Origin: Felis catus
Taxonomy: Eukaryota
NCBI RefSeq assembly: GCF_018350175.1
Contig: NC_058368.1
Span: 105,650,001-105,714,000, forward strand
DNA: 64,000 nt
Reading direction: 5' to 3'
Part shown: piece by piece, positions 12,192 through 24,510 of the stretch
Numbering within the stretch: position 1 is the first letter of the stretch
Layout of the letters: each line of letters opens with the position of its first letter
Made by a program: the position numbers and the translations under genes
The notes under the pieces: generated by a model
The model's database searches: none
Told to the model about the DNA's origin: nothing
Seen by the model: the letters and a program-made list of their open reading frames with translations, nothing else

Positions 12192-14289
12192 AAATTTGGT
12201 GATATTTATTCTGCCTGTGCTTTCTTTTTATCAGCACTTGCCCTCAATATTTTTTTCCATCCCTTCATTTTCAATCTCCCTCACATTCTGATTTGGCACC
12301 TTTCTTACGAACAGCATCAGGCGCTGGGTTTAAAAGGAATTTTAAAAAGTACATCTGTTTTTTTAACTCACAGTTTATAACTATCATGACTGCTGGTGTG
12401 TTTGGATTCTTACCTATCATTTTATTGTGTTTTGTATCTACTGTGGTCTTGCCCTCTTCTCTCAATATTTCTTAGACTAGTCTAGTTTTCTATGCCCTCC
12501 TCTTGTCCCCACCTCCTGTCTGGAAGTTGTAATTTTCTTTCTATCCTTGCAGTGGTAGCCACGTCACAGCTTCGACACATACTTGCAGTGAACAGTTTTG
12601 CACAGATGTCAAGAAGTACTGAGGTCTTTCTGCTCTCCCTTGGTGCCACCTGTCATGCTGATGTGACCTAAAAGTTTGGTTTGTTAGATCTTGTTTTTAA
12701 ATGTGCCTCCAGGATCTATTTAAACCAAATAACAAACTTTCCTGTATCCCTGGCTTACCACTGCTTCATGTATACTATAACTTCCTTTTGCACTAATTAA
12801 AACAAAATAATGGAGTTATCTCGTTTGGTGGTCATTTCACAGAGTCATTTCATTATGGGTGGTAACTTAATTTAGAACATTTCTGACAATGTCCTATTTT
12901 TTATTTCCTTACTAGACTGAGTATACAGTTTTAGTTCAGAATCATTTTCCCTTAGAACGTTTGGAAAATATTGTTCCCTTGTTCTCTTTGAGCCAGTGTT
13001 ACTGTTCATTTGCAGGAAGTCTGGGTGTTCTCTCTGGAAGCTTTACGCGTTTTCAACTTTGCTCTCAGCATCCTAAAATCCACTATGCTGTGTCTCGGGG
13101 AAATTTTTCCTCCCTTGTAGGGAAAAAACAATTATTACACAATCATAGAAATACACAATTTTTAAGATTATTTACAAAAATATTGAGCTAAGTTACAGAT
13201 TTTAAAAAGGTACATTTTTTTGTACATTGTGTACTATGCAGTGTCTGTTATTTCTAGAAGTTGAGGGTTCAAGGTCGGCCTTCTTGATCTAGTCCTATCC
13301 CTGATGTCATTAACCTTTATTTTGATTTGTGTTTTAGTTGTCTGAATTATTTTATTTTTTCAATTTTTTTTTAAGAAGGGCTCTTGTTGGATAGACGGAG
13401 TTCCTCCATGTCTGGTGACGCATAATAGAGCTTCTATACTTGAAAGATGGCTAGAGAGGTCTCAGTTTTAAATTACTTTTGTTCTACTACCAGTGGCATG
13501 AGAATTAGTGTGAGAATTTGTAAAAAGTAGCTTGATTGCTTTTTCTGCCTTGTAGATACTTTGTTTTTCTGCTCGGTTGCCTGAAACCAGCGTAATTCAC
13601 TTTTTTCTTTCCCTTTTTCCATTGTTGAAATTTGTAACTTCACTAGGGAGTGTCTTGGTGTGATGCTGCACCACCTCTAGAATTTTGATTGCTAGCATTC
13701 CACGCTTTATCCTTTGAAAATTTCTCAATGGCATCAGGATTGCCAATTAGTCGCCCTTCCACTGTTGGCTACTCCTAGAGCACTTAGCGCTGTCTACTCC
13801 GTGCCTGATGCAGTGCAGACCCATAGGCTAGAGGCAAACACACTATCAGGACGGTCTCACTTCAACTCGCGACTCAAACCTCAAATGGGAAGTAACACTC
13901 CCTTGACATTCTTACTGTATTTCCTAGTGTGTCCATGCTTCCATTTTCTAAAATGACTACTGTGCAGGGCGACAACAACTCCTCCAACTCCCCACTATGA
14001 ACCACCTATCTGGCCCTCACTTTCAAACTCTTGTCTTTTTCAGCAGCATACAGATTCCCTGGTTTTTCTCAAAGGCCAGTCCTTGCACTTGAACTCTGGA
14101 TTGCCTTCCAGGAGTTCACAGTTCTCCTTTTTCACGGAGTTATTCTCTTAACACACATGTTCTAGTAACTTCCATCTTAAAAAACAATCTCTTTTAATAA
14201 TGTGTCATACCTCTACCTACTACCTCATTTGTGGTCCCCTTCGGGACAGATTTCTTTCTTTTTCCCTCCTCAGTACTCCTAATTTTATT

Positions 14290-15120
14290 CTACTTTATTT
14301 CCAGTTTATTGAGGTATAGTGTAAAAGGATTCCTCTGTCGAGTGAATTAACACACCCATTACCTCACTTATTTATCCTTTTCCTGTGAGAGAATATTTAA
14401 GTTCTAATCTCTTAGCAAATTTCCATTACACAGCACAGTGTTGTCAACTGTGAATCACCATGGTACACATTAGATCCTCAAACCTTATTCATCTTATAAA
14501 CTGTAAGTTTGTACCTTTCTACCAACCTCTCCCTATTTCCCCTACCTCAAGCCCCTGGCAAACATTTTTCTACTCTTTCCGTGAGTTCAATTTATTTTAT
14601 TTTTTTAGATTCCTCTTATAATTAATACTGTGCAGTATCTGTTTTCCTCTGCCTGGCTTATTTCACTTTGCATAATGCCCTTTGGGTCCATCCACATGTT
14701 ATCACAGATGACAGGATGCGTGTACATTTTCTTGATCCATTCATCCACTGACAAACACTTAGGATGTTTCCATACCTTGGCTATTGCCAGTAATGCTACG
14801 ATGAACACTGGAGCTGACAAGTTTTTGAGATAATGTTTTTGTTTCCTTTGGTTATATACCCATAAGTGGGATTGCTGGATTATATGGTAGCACATATTTA
14901 ATTTCCTGAGGAACCTCCAAAATCCATACATAGTGGCCTTAGTAGTTTATGTTCCCACCAACAGTGCCTAAGGTCACAGTGCACAAGGGTTCCCTTCTCT
15001 CCACATCCTTGTCGACGCTTGTTATCTCTTGTCTTTTTATGACTGTCCATCCTAACAGGTGTGAGGTGGTATCTCACTGTGGTTTTGATTAAAATCAAAA
15101 CCTGATGACTAGTGATGAAG
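14290..15120 (-). mobile_element. L1 3' fragment (ORF2 end + 3'UTR), degraded
   Basis: Minus ORFs 14605-14931 and 14898-15164 contain L1 ORF2 C-terminal remnants (IKTTVRYHLTPVRM, AIAKVWKHPKCLSVDEWIKKM). Confidence 0.85.
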
Positions 15121-15884
15121 AAGGCACCCAATATAATTACTGCTTCTCTTTCTATATCCTGCAATACATCTCAGCAGCATTATACACGAGTGACTGACCA
15201 CTCTCTAACTGGTCTAATGAAAACTAATTGAATAGTCCATCCTTTTAATTGTCATGAATCCTACACTGACCTGGAGAACTTCCTCTCTTGCTGGTCACTC
15301 ATTTTTGTCTTCTAAGTATTTTTCACCACACTAGATTTTGGAGTGTTCAGAGTTCAGTCACTGCGTTCTCTTTCTTGGTGTCTCTGTGTTTTCTTTCTTG
15401 GTGTCCTCATCTGATCCTGTGATTTTTAAGTAACTACCTGTTTGCCAATAATTTGTAGTCCTGGCTCATAAACAAATCTGTGTACCTGCTGTTACTGCTT
15501 GAAAGGCTCATACATTTCTGACAGTTAACTTGGTCAAAACATTTTTTTTTTAATTTTTCTGTGTTTCCAATCACACCTGCTTCTTCCCGTCTTTTCCTTA
15601 TCAGTTAATAGCCATCCAATCAACTATTCAAGTAAACTGCTAGGATTTGTCTTCTCTCTCTTCCTTCTTCCATATCCAATCAGCCCGTCATTAAGTTCTG
15701 TTGATTATGTCCAGAGTATATTATAAATCTAAGTCCCTTTCACCTCTGGCCCTTATCTGAGCTTCCTTCAGCTCTGGGATGATGAAAACAGCCACCTAAG
15801 TGAACCCTGCTTCTACTCCTAACACCTTGTGCTGCATTATCCACTAGGCAACCAGAGATCTTTTAAAAATGTACATCAGGCAGT

Positions 15885-16130
15885 AACAATAACACAAGTG
15901 AAATTTTACTGTATGCAAAGCACTGTCCTAAGGGTTTATATGAATTAACTTATTGGATCTCCCCAATAATCCTATGAGGTTAAGTGCTCTCCTTATTCCT
16001 ATTTATGTTTAGAGTATGGATTTGAGGCACAAAGTGAAGCCAACTTGCCCCAAATCCCAGAACTAGGAGACATGAATCTAGGTTTCTCACATTCATTGTC
16101 CATCTGCAGGCCTGTACTCTAAATCCCTCT
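15885..16130. mobile_element. MIR relic embedded in L2-like sequence
   Basis: MIR-core-like aataatcctatgagg...gaggcacaaagtgaagccaacttgccccaa; recognised by eye. Confidence 0.55.
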
Positions 16131-16851
16131 GCCACGGTGCACGCACCACAAAACCAGTCTCGTTACCGTGGCCTGCCGTGCCCGTGACCACCTTGGGACC
16201 TCACTTCACACTCCTCCCCTGGCACAAACTCCGGCTACACTGGCCTTCGTTCTGGCCTGAGGCATCTGTACTTACTGCTATTTCCTCCTCATTTCTAGGC
16301 CCCGGCTCAGACGTCACCTCGTCACAGAAGCCTTCCTTCAATGGATCTTCTCAAATAGATCCCATTCAACCACTAAATCTTACTTTCTTGAAAAGACGTA
16401 CCACTATATGAAATTTGTATGTCGATTAGTTGTTTGTTTGATGTCTGTTTCTCCCTGAGCAGAACACACATGACTCGAGAGCAGAGTGGGGGCAGGGGGT
16501 GCGGGGGACACCCTGCCCTAGTTGAACACCCTGTCCCAAGAACCACACAAACAGCAGGTGTTTGATGAAGTGTAACTGAATAAATGACTATTCTGTACTA
16601 GCTTTTCGTGGGGCAGTGTGTTCTCATATACAGGCTTAAATATTTTCTACTAAAATTTAATTCCACAAATGCTCAAACATGTTCCAATTTTTTTCATTTT
16701 TCCTTTTTTTTCGGGGGGGGGGGGACTTCGTTTATGCAATGTTGGATTTTTTGGTCTTCCACCTGTACCATTTTGTTATGAATCACTTCCATATCCACAT
16801 TTTTGCTTGTGTTTTCATCCTCGACTACTTTTTATTAAGTCTACTGTGATT

Positions 16852-17020
16852 GGTGTACCTGGGTGGTTCATCTGGTTAAGTGTCCGGCTTTGGCTCAGGT
16901 CACGATCTCACGGTTCATGGCTTTAAGCCCTGCATTGGGCTCTCTGCTCTTAGCGCAGAGCCCGCTTCCGATCTTCTGTTTCCCTCTCTCTCTCAAAATG
17001 AAATAAAAATATTACAAAAA
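16852..17020 (+). mobile_element. CAN-SINE (diverged)
   Basis: SINE head and tail; TSD ctactgtga. Confidence 0.8.
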
Positions 17021-18059
17021 CGCTACTGTGACTAACCTCTGTGATGGCTTTCTTTCCTCAGCTCTGCTAGACCATTCTCTCTTGATACTGCTCTATCTTC
17101 ATTTTCAATATCTTCTATTATAATTTGTATTTAATGGTGTCTCTTAAAGATTACAAAAACTATTTTTCTAAACTTGTCCTCTTCCATTCCTGAGGTGTTT
17201 TGGCCCATTTCTTGTTTATTTTCCTTTCTTCTCCTTCGCCTCATACGTATACGTTAGTTGTGGTCTCATGTAACTCCTCATCTTTGATGGACTTTCCCCA
17301 GGTCTACTACATGCTACAGCATAGCGCAGAAGCACATCACCAGTGCTGAGCAGGGCGTGACCCAGCTTCACTTCACGTCTGTTGTACGAGCATTCTCTCA
17401 CCACATCAGTTATGCTCTCTGCCCGTGGGGCATGCATACCGAGTGTTTTTTTGTAGTTTAGGAGGTCACTGTGGCTCTGAGTAAAGTCCTCTAAGTCTTG
17501 TCAACTGTTCTCTTTTACTTCTCTGGCTCTTCACACCGAGTGTCAAACTGGTTTCTCTCATTCACTTGTGTCCCTAATCTACTCGAAGATGCTGGATGAA
17601 TTCTTTAAATCAGGGTTGGTCACTTTGAGAGATATCTGCATTCTGCTCCAGTCTAAAGAAAAGTATGTCTCTGAGCCTCAAAAATACCTATTTTTGATGG
17701 AAAATTTTACATTATTTGAAAGATACTCTTCCGAGTCTGTAGTTGGGACCATTCCTCACTTAAATAAACACTCTTCCCTCCACTGCTGCATTTCTACATC
17801 TTCAGGGGATGGAAGTGAGGTAACACATTTTTATTTCATCATCTTAAAAGCAAAACCTTCTTTCCCCTCATTAATATTTCAAAATTCATTTTGAAATACA
17901 TTTTATTCATTTCAAAATGAATCCCCAAAAGCATTCTGTCAAGACTTTCATGAAAATTTAACGATCGTGGTAAAGTTTTTCTATTCCTTACATTTTTCTA
18001 TTCATTTATTTGCTTACTTAAAACGAATTACTGGGGCATAGTAGATCATATAGTAGAAT

Positions 18060-19362
18060 TTCATCTGTTGTATCTGGTAAGGGGTAAATATCCCAAATAT
18101 ATAAGTAACTCATACAACTCAACACCAAAAAAACAATCTGACTAAAAAATGGGTCAAGTACGTGAGTATACATTTTCCCAAAGAAGATACACAGTTGGGC
18201 AACACACACATCAAAAGATGGCTAGACATCACTAATCATCAGAGAGATGCAAATCACAACCACAGTGATCTATCACTTCACTCTAGTCAAAATGGCCAAA
18301 GTTTGGGGCACCTGGGTGGCTCAGTCGGTTAAGCAGCCAACTTCGGCTCAGTTCATGATCTCTTGGTCCGTGGGTTTGAGCCCCGTGTTGGGCTCTGTGC
18401 TGACAGCTCAGAGCCTGGAGCCTGTTTCAGATTCTGTGTCTCCCTCTCTCTGACCCTCCCCTGTTCATGCTCTGTCTCTCACTGTCTCAAAAAAAAAAAA
18501 AAAAAAAAAAACGTTAAAAAAATTTTTTTTAAATGTTTCAAAATGGCCAAAGTTAAAAAGACAAGAAATAACAACTGTTGGCAAGGATGTGGGGAAAAAA
18601 GGGAACCCTCAAACACGGTGGGTGGGACTGCAAACTGGTGCAGCCACTATGGAAAATAGTAATGGAGCTTCTTCAAAAAATTAAAAATAAAAATACCTTG
18701 TAATCCAATGATTCCCCTACTGGGTTTTTACCCAAAGGAAATAAAAACACTATTTTGAAAAGATATATGCACTCCTTTGTTTACTGAAGTATTATTTGTG
18801 ATAGCCAAGATATGGAAGCAATCAGAGTGTCCACTGATTGATGAATGGATGATGAAAGATACGGTATCTACCCACAGCAGAGTATTACGCGGCCATAGGA
18901 AAGGATGAGATCATGCCATCTGAGACAACATGGATGGATCTAGAGATTATTATGCTAAGTGAAATAAGTCAGACTGAGAGAGACAAATACCGTATTATTT
19001 CACTCATGTGGAATCTAAAAAACAAGTGAACAAACCAAACAAACAAACCAGAATGAGACCTATAAAAATACAGGGAACAAACTGATGGTTGACAGAGGGG
19101 AGAGGGCTGTGGGGATGGGCGAAATGGGTGAAGAATGAGTGATGGAGAATGGGAAATACAGGCTTCCAGGTATGAAGTAAGTCACAGGAATAAGACACAG
19201 CATAAGGAATATAATTCATGATATTGTAATAGCAGTGTAGAGTGACAGATGGGAGCTACACTTGTGATGAGCACACCATAATGTTTAAATTTGCTGAATC
19301 AGTATGTTGTATGCCCAAAAGTAATTTAACATTATATTATAACTATACTTAAAAAATTAAAG
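18060..19362 (+). mobile_element. L1 3' fragment (ORF2 end + 3'UTR) interrupted by a SINE
   Basis: ORF2 remnants (MQITTTVIYHFTLVKMAK, KKTRNNNCWQGCGEK), L1 3'UTR and A-rich end. Confidence 0.85.
18305..18537 (+). mobile_element. CAN-SINE inserted into L1
   Basis: 17-bp TSD tcaaaatggccaaagtt at 18287-18303 and 18538-18554. Confidence 0.9.
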
Positions 19363-20329
19363 AAATTTGTGATTACATTTAGTTTTCTTTATAGAGATTT
19401 TAGATTTCCTACCTAAGTCCAACTTTTTAGCTTATAATATTTTTAGTTTCTGTTGTGTTTGAAATTTTGGAGATAATTTTGTTGTATTTCAGTCTCACTG
19501 TACTCAGCATTTTTATTATGGTTTTATGTTTGTGTGTGTGTGTGTGTGCGTGTGTGTGGCTTTATCTTTCATTCTGATTCGGACATTTGTAAATAATTTT
19601 TATTTATAATAATATCTTGGCTGTTTATAATAGCATTTCTAATTATAAAAACATGTCTGTATAAAACCAAACTTCACTACAAAGTTTTCTGATGATCAAA
19701 AAGAGTTCTTTCTGCAGAAGGTTCAGCTTCCAGCATGCGATCATGAAAAGCCTGAGGATCAGAAATGTTTTAGAACCTGTATCTTCTCTAGCGTCTTTTC
19801 ACAATGAAGAAATTACAAATGTATAATGCTGCCCTAGGTCCTTTCTTTGAAAAAGGAAGAAATGGGATCATAGAATACTAGAGCTAAAACACTTCGCCCT
19901 TTCCGTCTCTTCCTCTTCCTCCCGCCCAAATCACGTAGTTCTCACTCTGTAGATGAGGAGACAGAGACAAAGAGAATGAGGCCACTTTTAAGTCACCCAG
20001 CTCATTTAATGGCACATCCAGGACCAGAAAACTGGGCTCCTGATATGATCATGGTGCCCATCCCCTCGCTCCCAGGAAATATACATATAAATGTAGTGAC
20101 TGTACAATGTCAAATTCAGCTAGTTACCAAAAAAATTCCAGGCATAAAAAATAAACATGTTTATAAGCATTTTAGCTAGATGAAATTCAAACACGCAAAA
20201 AAAATAAAAAAAAAGATACATGGCAGGTAAGCACACGAAAAGATGCTCAATGTCATTAAAGAAATTTAAGTTAAAACTACACTATGATGCCCTTATACAT
20301 CTACTCGAATGACTAAAATCAAAATTCTC

Positions 20330-20499
20330 GGGTTGCCTGGATGGCTCAGTCAGTTAAGGGGGAGAGACAGAATCCAAAGCAGGCTCCAGGCTCTGAGCTG
20401 TCAGCACGGAGCCTCATGTGGGGCTCAAAGTCATGAACGGTGAGATCAGGATCTGAGCCGCAGTCAGATGCTCAACCGACTGAGCCACCCAGGCTCCCC
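20330..20499. mobile_element. Chimeric inverted CAN-SINE: plus-strand head (20330-20358) fused to a tail-less minus-strand SINE
   Basis: gggttgcctggatggctcagtcagttaag is followed directly by ggggagagacagaatcc...gagccacccaggctcccc. Confidence 0.8.
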
Positions 20500-20789
20500 T
20501 TGGGGTTCCTCTTTTAAATTTTTTTCCTCTGTATTTACTTGCTTGCATATGTACCCGCAGAATTATGAAAAACAAGAAGGCTTATGTAATCTGGGACAGG
20601 CATAACTGCCTGTGCATCATCTAGAAGCTGTTATATTGGCATGGACCCAGACATAGAAGAAATCCAGCTCTAGCACAGCCTTGAAATACCTAGAAAAGTA
20701 GTTGGCTTGAAGTTAAGATGATTTGGAAACAGTGCTCCAAATGTGTCTTGAGCTAGGGGTCTTAAATAAGCAGACCCTTCAGGCCTTAC

Positions 20790-20921
20790 CTACACAGCCT
20801 TCTCCGTCAGGCCGTCGGGTCATCCCAGGCGGGCAGATGCACATGAAGGTGCCTATCAGATTCTTGCACATCATGCCTCTAGATTCACAGTCATGGAGAC
20901 CTTCGGCACATTCATCTAGAT
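20790..20921 (-). CDS. FBN2: FBN2 exon 55 (cbEGF35)
   Basis: 132 nt, tag|...|gtaag; [44 protein letters not shown]. Confidence 0.95.
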
Positions 20922-21372
20922 CTAGAAAATAGTTTTCGTAGGAAAAAGATCAAAACAAATTCTCAGGAGCAGGCTATTGTTTTGGAGTTTTAAGTCTTAT
21001 TTCCGGTCTTAAGGCTCTTAAAATGCTATTGTGTGACAGAGGAAGGAGGAGCCCGATATTTTCCAATTGTTGGGTATATTCTAGACTTATAAAAGTTTCA
21101 GCATTGATCCCAATGAGAAGAAGTTCAGGGAAGGACAGTCTTTTCTTTAATAAGAGCCCAAGATTGTGGGTTCTTCAACCTGTTTTATCTCTGACTTGCT
21201 TAGGCAGACCATCAGGTGTCTTGTTACCTAGGTATGGAAATCTACCAGCAAAATCCTGTCAGATACAGGGCTGTAAACTCTAGAAGAACATAGATGAGAA
21301 CTGTAACTTCACGGCAGTACACTTCCAGCGTGGCAAATAAAGTTTTAACTACTCTCTTGTCCATGGCCTTAC

Positions 21373-21495
21373 CTTTGCACATCTTCTGGTCTTCCCTGAG
21401 GGCATAGCCAATTGGACATGTGCATTCGTAGGACCCGAAGGTGTTCATGCAGCGGAAAGCACAGAGCAGCGGGTTCTGGGCACACTCGTTGATAT
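21373..21495 (-). CDS. FBN2: FBN2 exon 54 (cbEGF34)
   Basis: 123 nt, tag|...|gtaag; [41 protein letters not shown]. Confidence 0.95.
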
Positions 21496-21589
21496 CTAAT
21501 CAAACAAACAGGTAAGCAGGGACTGAGACTAGAGTGTTACTTGTTTAAATAAACACTGCTGTATTTACTTAGCAGTCATCGAGAAAGCA

Positions 21590-22320
21590 GTAATATAATA
21601 GAACCTCCACTCCTGGTATGGAGAAGTGAGCACCTAACAAACTCACCCTCCAACAAATAACAACCATAAACTCTGAAAACAAAAACAGAAATGACTACCT
21701 GAAGTAGTCTTTAGTGGTAAGTTGAAACTCTGCAAACAACCAGCAAGAAAGAAGTTCCCAATATTTTTCTTTTTCTGAAATTACGCTGTGGATGGACATA
21801 GTCCTGCCAGCAGCAGGGCCTGGCAGCTAAATCTTCAATAGAAATGTTCTGAGCTTCTATGCATGGCAATCGGGGGAGGGAGCTGGGGGCAAGCAAGGCT
21901 GCTCAAGAGTGAGAGGGAATCCCAGATGGGAGAGGGCTAGAGATGGAGACACACTATTTTGCATAAAAGCAAAAAACTTAATCTGAACCTCTGTCTTCCA
22001 CGGGCCTGACAGTCTGCTTTTATGTTCATCCAAGTTAACGGCCTGCTAAGACAAAAGCATCGGCATTCTGCAAAGATATCACTCACAATATCCAGGGAAT
22101 AATCTAAAATTAACCTCCTGCTGGGGAGCTAACTTCAAGTGAAAATACCATCAACAGATGCTGACTCTGACATGCCCGAGATGCTGGACCTATCAGACAA
22201 GGGCTTTAAAATAGCTGCTGTGACTCTACTCTCACCGAGGCAGAGGAAAAGAATACTTGTGATGAACGTAATCATCAGTAGAACATCAAAACAATGAAAG
22301 TAAAAGAAGAGACAGGAAAA
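21590..22320 (+). mobile_element. Probable ancient L1 5'/ORF1-region relic
   Basis: gagatgctggacctatcagacaagggctttaaaatagctg resembles old L1M ORF1 sequence; recognised by eye. Confidence 0.4.
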
Positions 22321-22370
22321 AACCCTTTCTAGATCAAGCAGAAGTAGTATTTAAGGGAAGTATCACTTGC

Positions 22371-22490
22371 CTTCACAATTCATCATGGGCCCTGGCTCAA
22401 AGCCTTCATTGCAATTGCATTCAAAACTCCCAATAACGTTGGTGCATGTCCCATTCCCACACGGATTGCCAATGGAACATTCATCAGTAT
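22371..22490 (-). CDS. FBN2: FBN2 exon 53 (cbEGF33), ends at a GC donor
   Basis: 120 nt, cag|...GAAG|gcaagt; [40 protein letters not shown]. Confidence 0.93.
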
Positions 22491-23082
22491 CTGAGAAAAA
22501 AAGGAGTAAAAAAGTGCCCCCAAATTTAGGGAAGTTTTAGCTTAATATGTGCACGCCCATGAATCATATCCATCCACCTGGCCCTCACAAACTGCCAGGA
22601 TCTGTACAGGCCACACCCGACTCTGCACCCTCCCTGCCATTAGCTGGCTGGCTTGCCTTTATTCAGTACAGAGGACCCCAAAGGATCAAGTGTGCAAAGC
22701 TCTGAGTCCTAAGATAGCCATGCTTTCCCTAAAAATCACAAACCCAGAGAGGGATGTGGTCTTCTGCTATTAGGAGCAGGTGCAGAAAGTCACAAAGTAA
22801 AAGGGACTTCTCTCCCAGTTAGTTGCTCTGCCAAGTGTAAATATCTAGGCACATCAGAGTTTGTGTATCTGGTGAAAGGCAGAGGTTGGGCAACTCTCTC
22901 CATGTTCACGTAAACCAGATCTACTGGTAAATGTAAAAAGGGAGAAGAAAAAGCAGTTATTACTAGCTGCCAATACTGGCTCTGTAAATCCTCCCACCAC
23001 CCAGGGTGCCTGGGAGACCTTCTGCTGAACATGAGAAATGGAATGGAAGCTTCCAAATATGTAATGTGGAGTCAGCACTCAC

Positions 23083-23208
23083 CCACACAGCGTACTCCAG
23101 TGTAATCAAGGTTGTAGCCCATCGGACATTCACAGCGGAAAGAGCCATCTGTATTGATACACTGACCATTTGAACAAATGCCTGGGCTCTCAAGGCATTC
23201 GTTGACAT
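23083..23208 (-). CDS. FBN2: FBN2 exon 52 (cbEGF32)
   Basis: 126 nt, tag|...|gtgag; [42 protein letters not shown]. Confidence 0.95.
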
Positions 23209-23518
23209 CTAAAATACAGAATCGTCCATAAACTTCCTCCGTATAAAAGGAGACATCACAACCATGTGTATTTATTCAACACAGACTTAAAATTTATAAA
23301 ACATGTAAACATTTCTTTTCACCAGATAAACAGATTGTATGCAATATAGAGTGCAGTTTTACAATGCTGAAGATAACACATGTGATATAGAATATTGTGT
23401 ACATATGTTAAAATACACTATATGTGATAGAGTAAAATAAATGTGACTTACAGAACAAATACACAAAAATGTATTCACACGAAAAAAGACTACAGGAATA
23501 AAATACATCAAACCAGAC

Positions 23519-23584
23519 CTTCACGTGTGTCATGAAGACTCGGGACAGTTCCGTGGCCGTACGGACACAGGTCCTGGAATGCAA
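23519..23584 (-). CDS. FBN2: FBN2 exon 51 (TB6 second part)
   Basis: 66 nt, tag|...|gtctg; [22 protein letters not shown] (too short for the ORF track). Confidence 0.92.
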
Positions 23585-23844
23585 CTACAGAGAAAAACAC
23601 AAATTCCCCATTGACTGAAGAGCCTCAGTTGTGGGACAACTTAAGAACTGATGGAGGGTGTACATGAAATTAGACTTAATTTCCCTCTACAAAGCTGCTT
23701 TTGACAAGAGTCTTATTTTATTTTTATGATTTACTTCAAAAGCAACCCTGAGCCTTTTTAGAGAAGGTCACCTGGGCTTGCCCAGCTCCTCCCAGAGTGC
23801 TGCCTACTAAGGGCTTCCAGTTCTGTTTGCTAGTTTTTTTGTTT

Positions 23845-24050
23845 TTGTTTTTTTAAATGTTAATTATTTTGAGAGAGAGCGTGTGGGGGAGGGACAGAGA
23901 GAGAGAAAATCAGAGAATCCCAAGCAGGTTCCTTGCTGTCAGCACAGAGCCTGACACGGAGCTCAAACCCACAAACCAGAAGCCTGGGATCATGACCTGA
24001 GCTGAGATCAAGAGTTGCTCGCTTAACTGACTGAGCCACCCAGGCATCCC
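23845..24050 (-). mobile_element. CAN-SINE
   Basis: Reverse-complement SINE ending gagccacccaggcatccc. Confidence 0.85.
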
Positions 24051-24211
24051 TTATCTGTCTGCTCGGTCAGTGCCGAAGAGCCCATGACACACAGAAGCCA
24101 CCTCCAACCCAGAGGTCAGGCTAGTTCCCAGCTTGCTGGGAGGCACCTACAACTCGACTACACTAACAACAGGAGACCTGGGAAGCTCTCTGTCTCACCC
24201 TGCAAATGGCC

Positions 24212-24232
24212 CTCATGCTGACTCAGCATGAG
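24212..24232. promoter_or_regulatory. Candidate T-MARE / AP-1 / ARE site inside a 21-bp palindrome
   Basis: ctcaTGCTGACTCAGCAtgag; 24216-24228 is the exact T-MARE consensus. Motif match only. Confidence 0.35.
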
Positions 24233-24510
24233 TTTTCCCCCCCTCCTTGCATCCCCTGACCTGCACTTCTCAAATTCATTCCTCTGAAAGCAAGTAATAC
24301 GGACCTCGGGGGGAGAAATGAACTAACAGTAACTCTACCCTGCACTCACATGTGTTGAATACACACGCTGGAAAGAAACCCCTCAGACTAAGGTGACCAG
24401 TTTAGACGTGAGGGAGCCATTTCACCTTCACAATATTCCTGAGTTCCATGGTGACCGACAAACACATTCCCAAACCAGCACAAAGTGGAGTCTTACACGC
24501 CTGCTCTTAC

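Noticed and set aside
14290..19362. Oppositely oriented L1 fragments in intron 55 as a long dsRNA
   Set aside because: They are about 3 kb apart, old, and appear to have different 3'UTRs, so extensive pairing is unsupported without an alignment.
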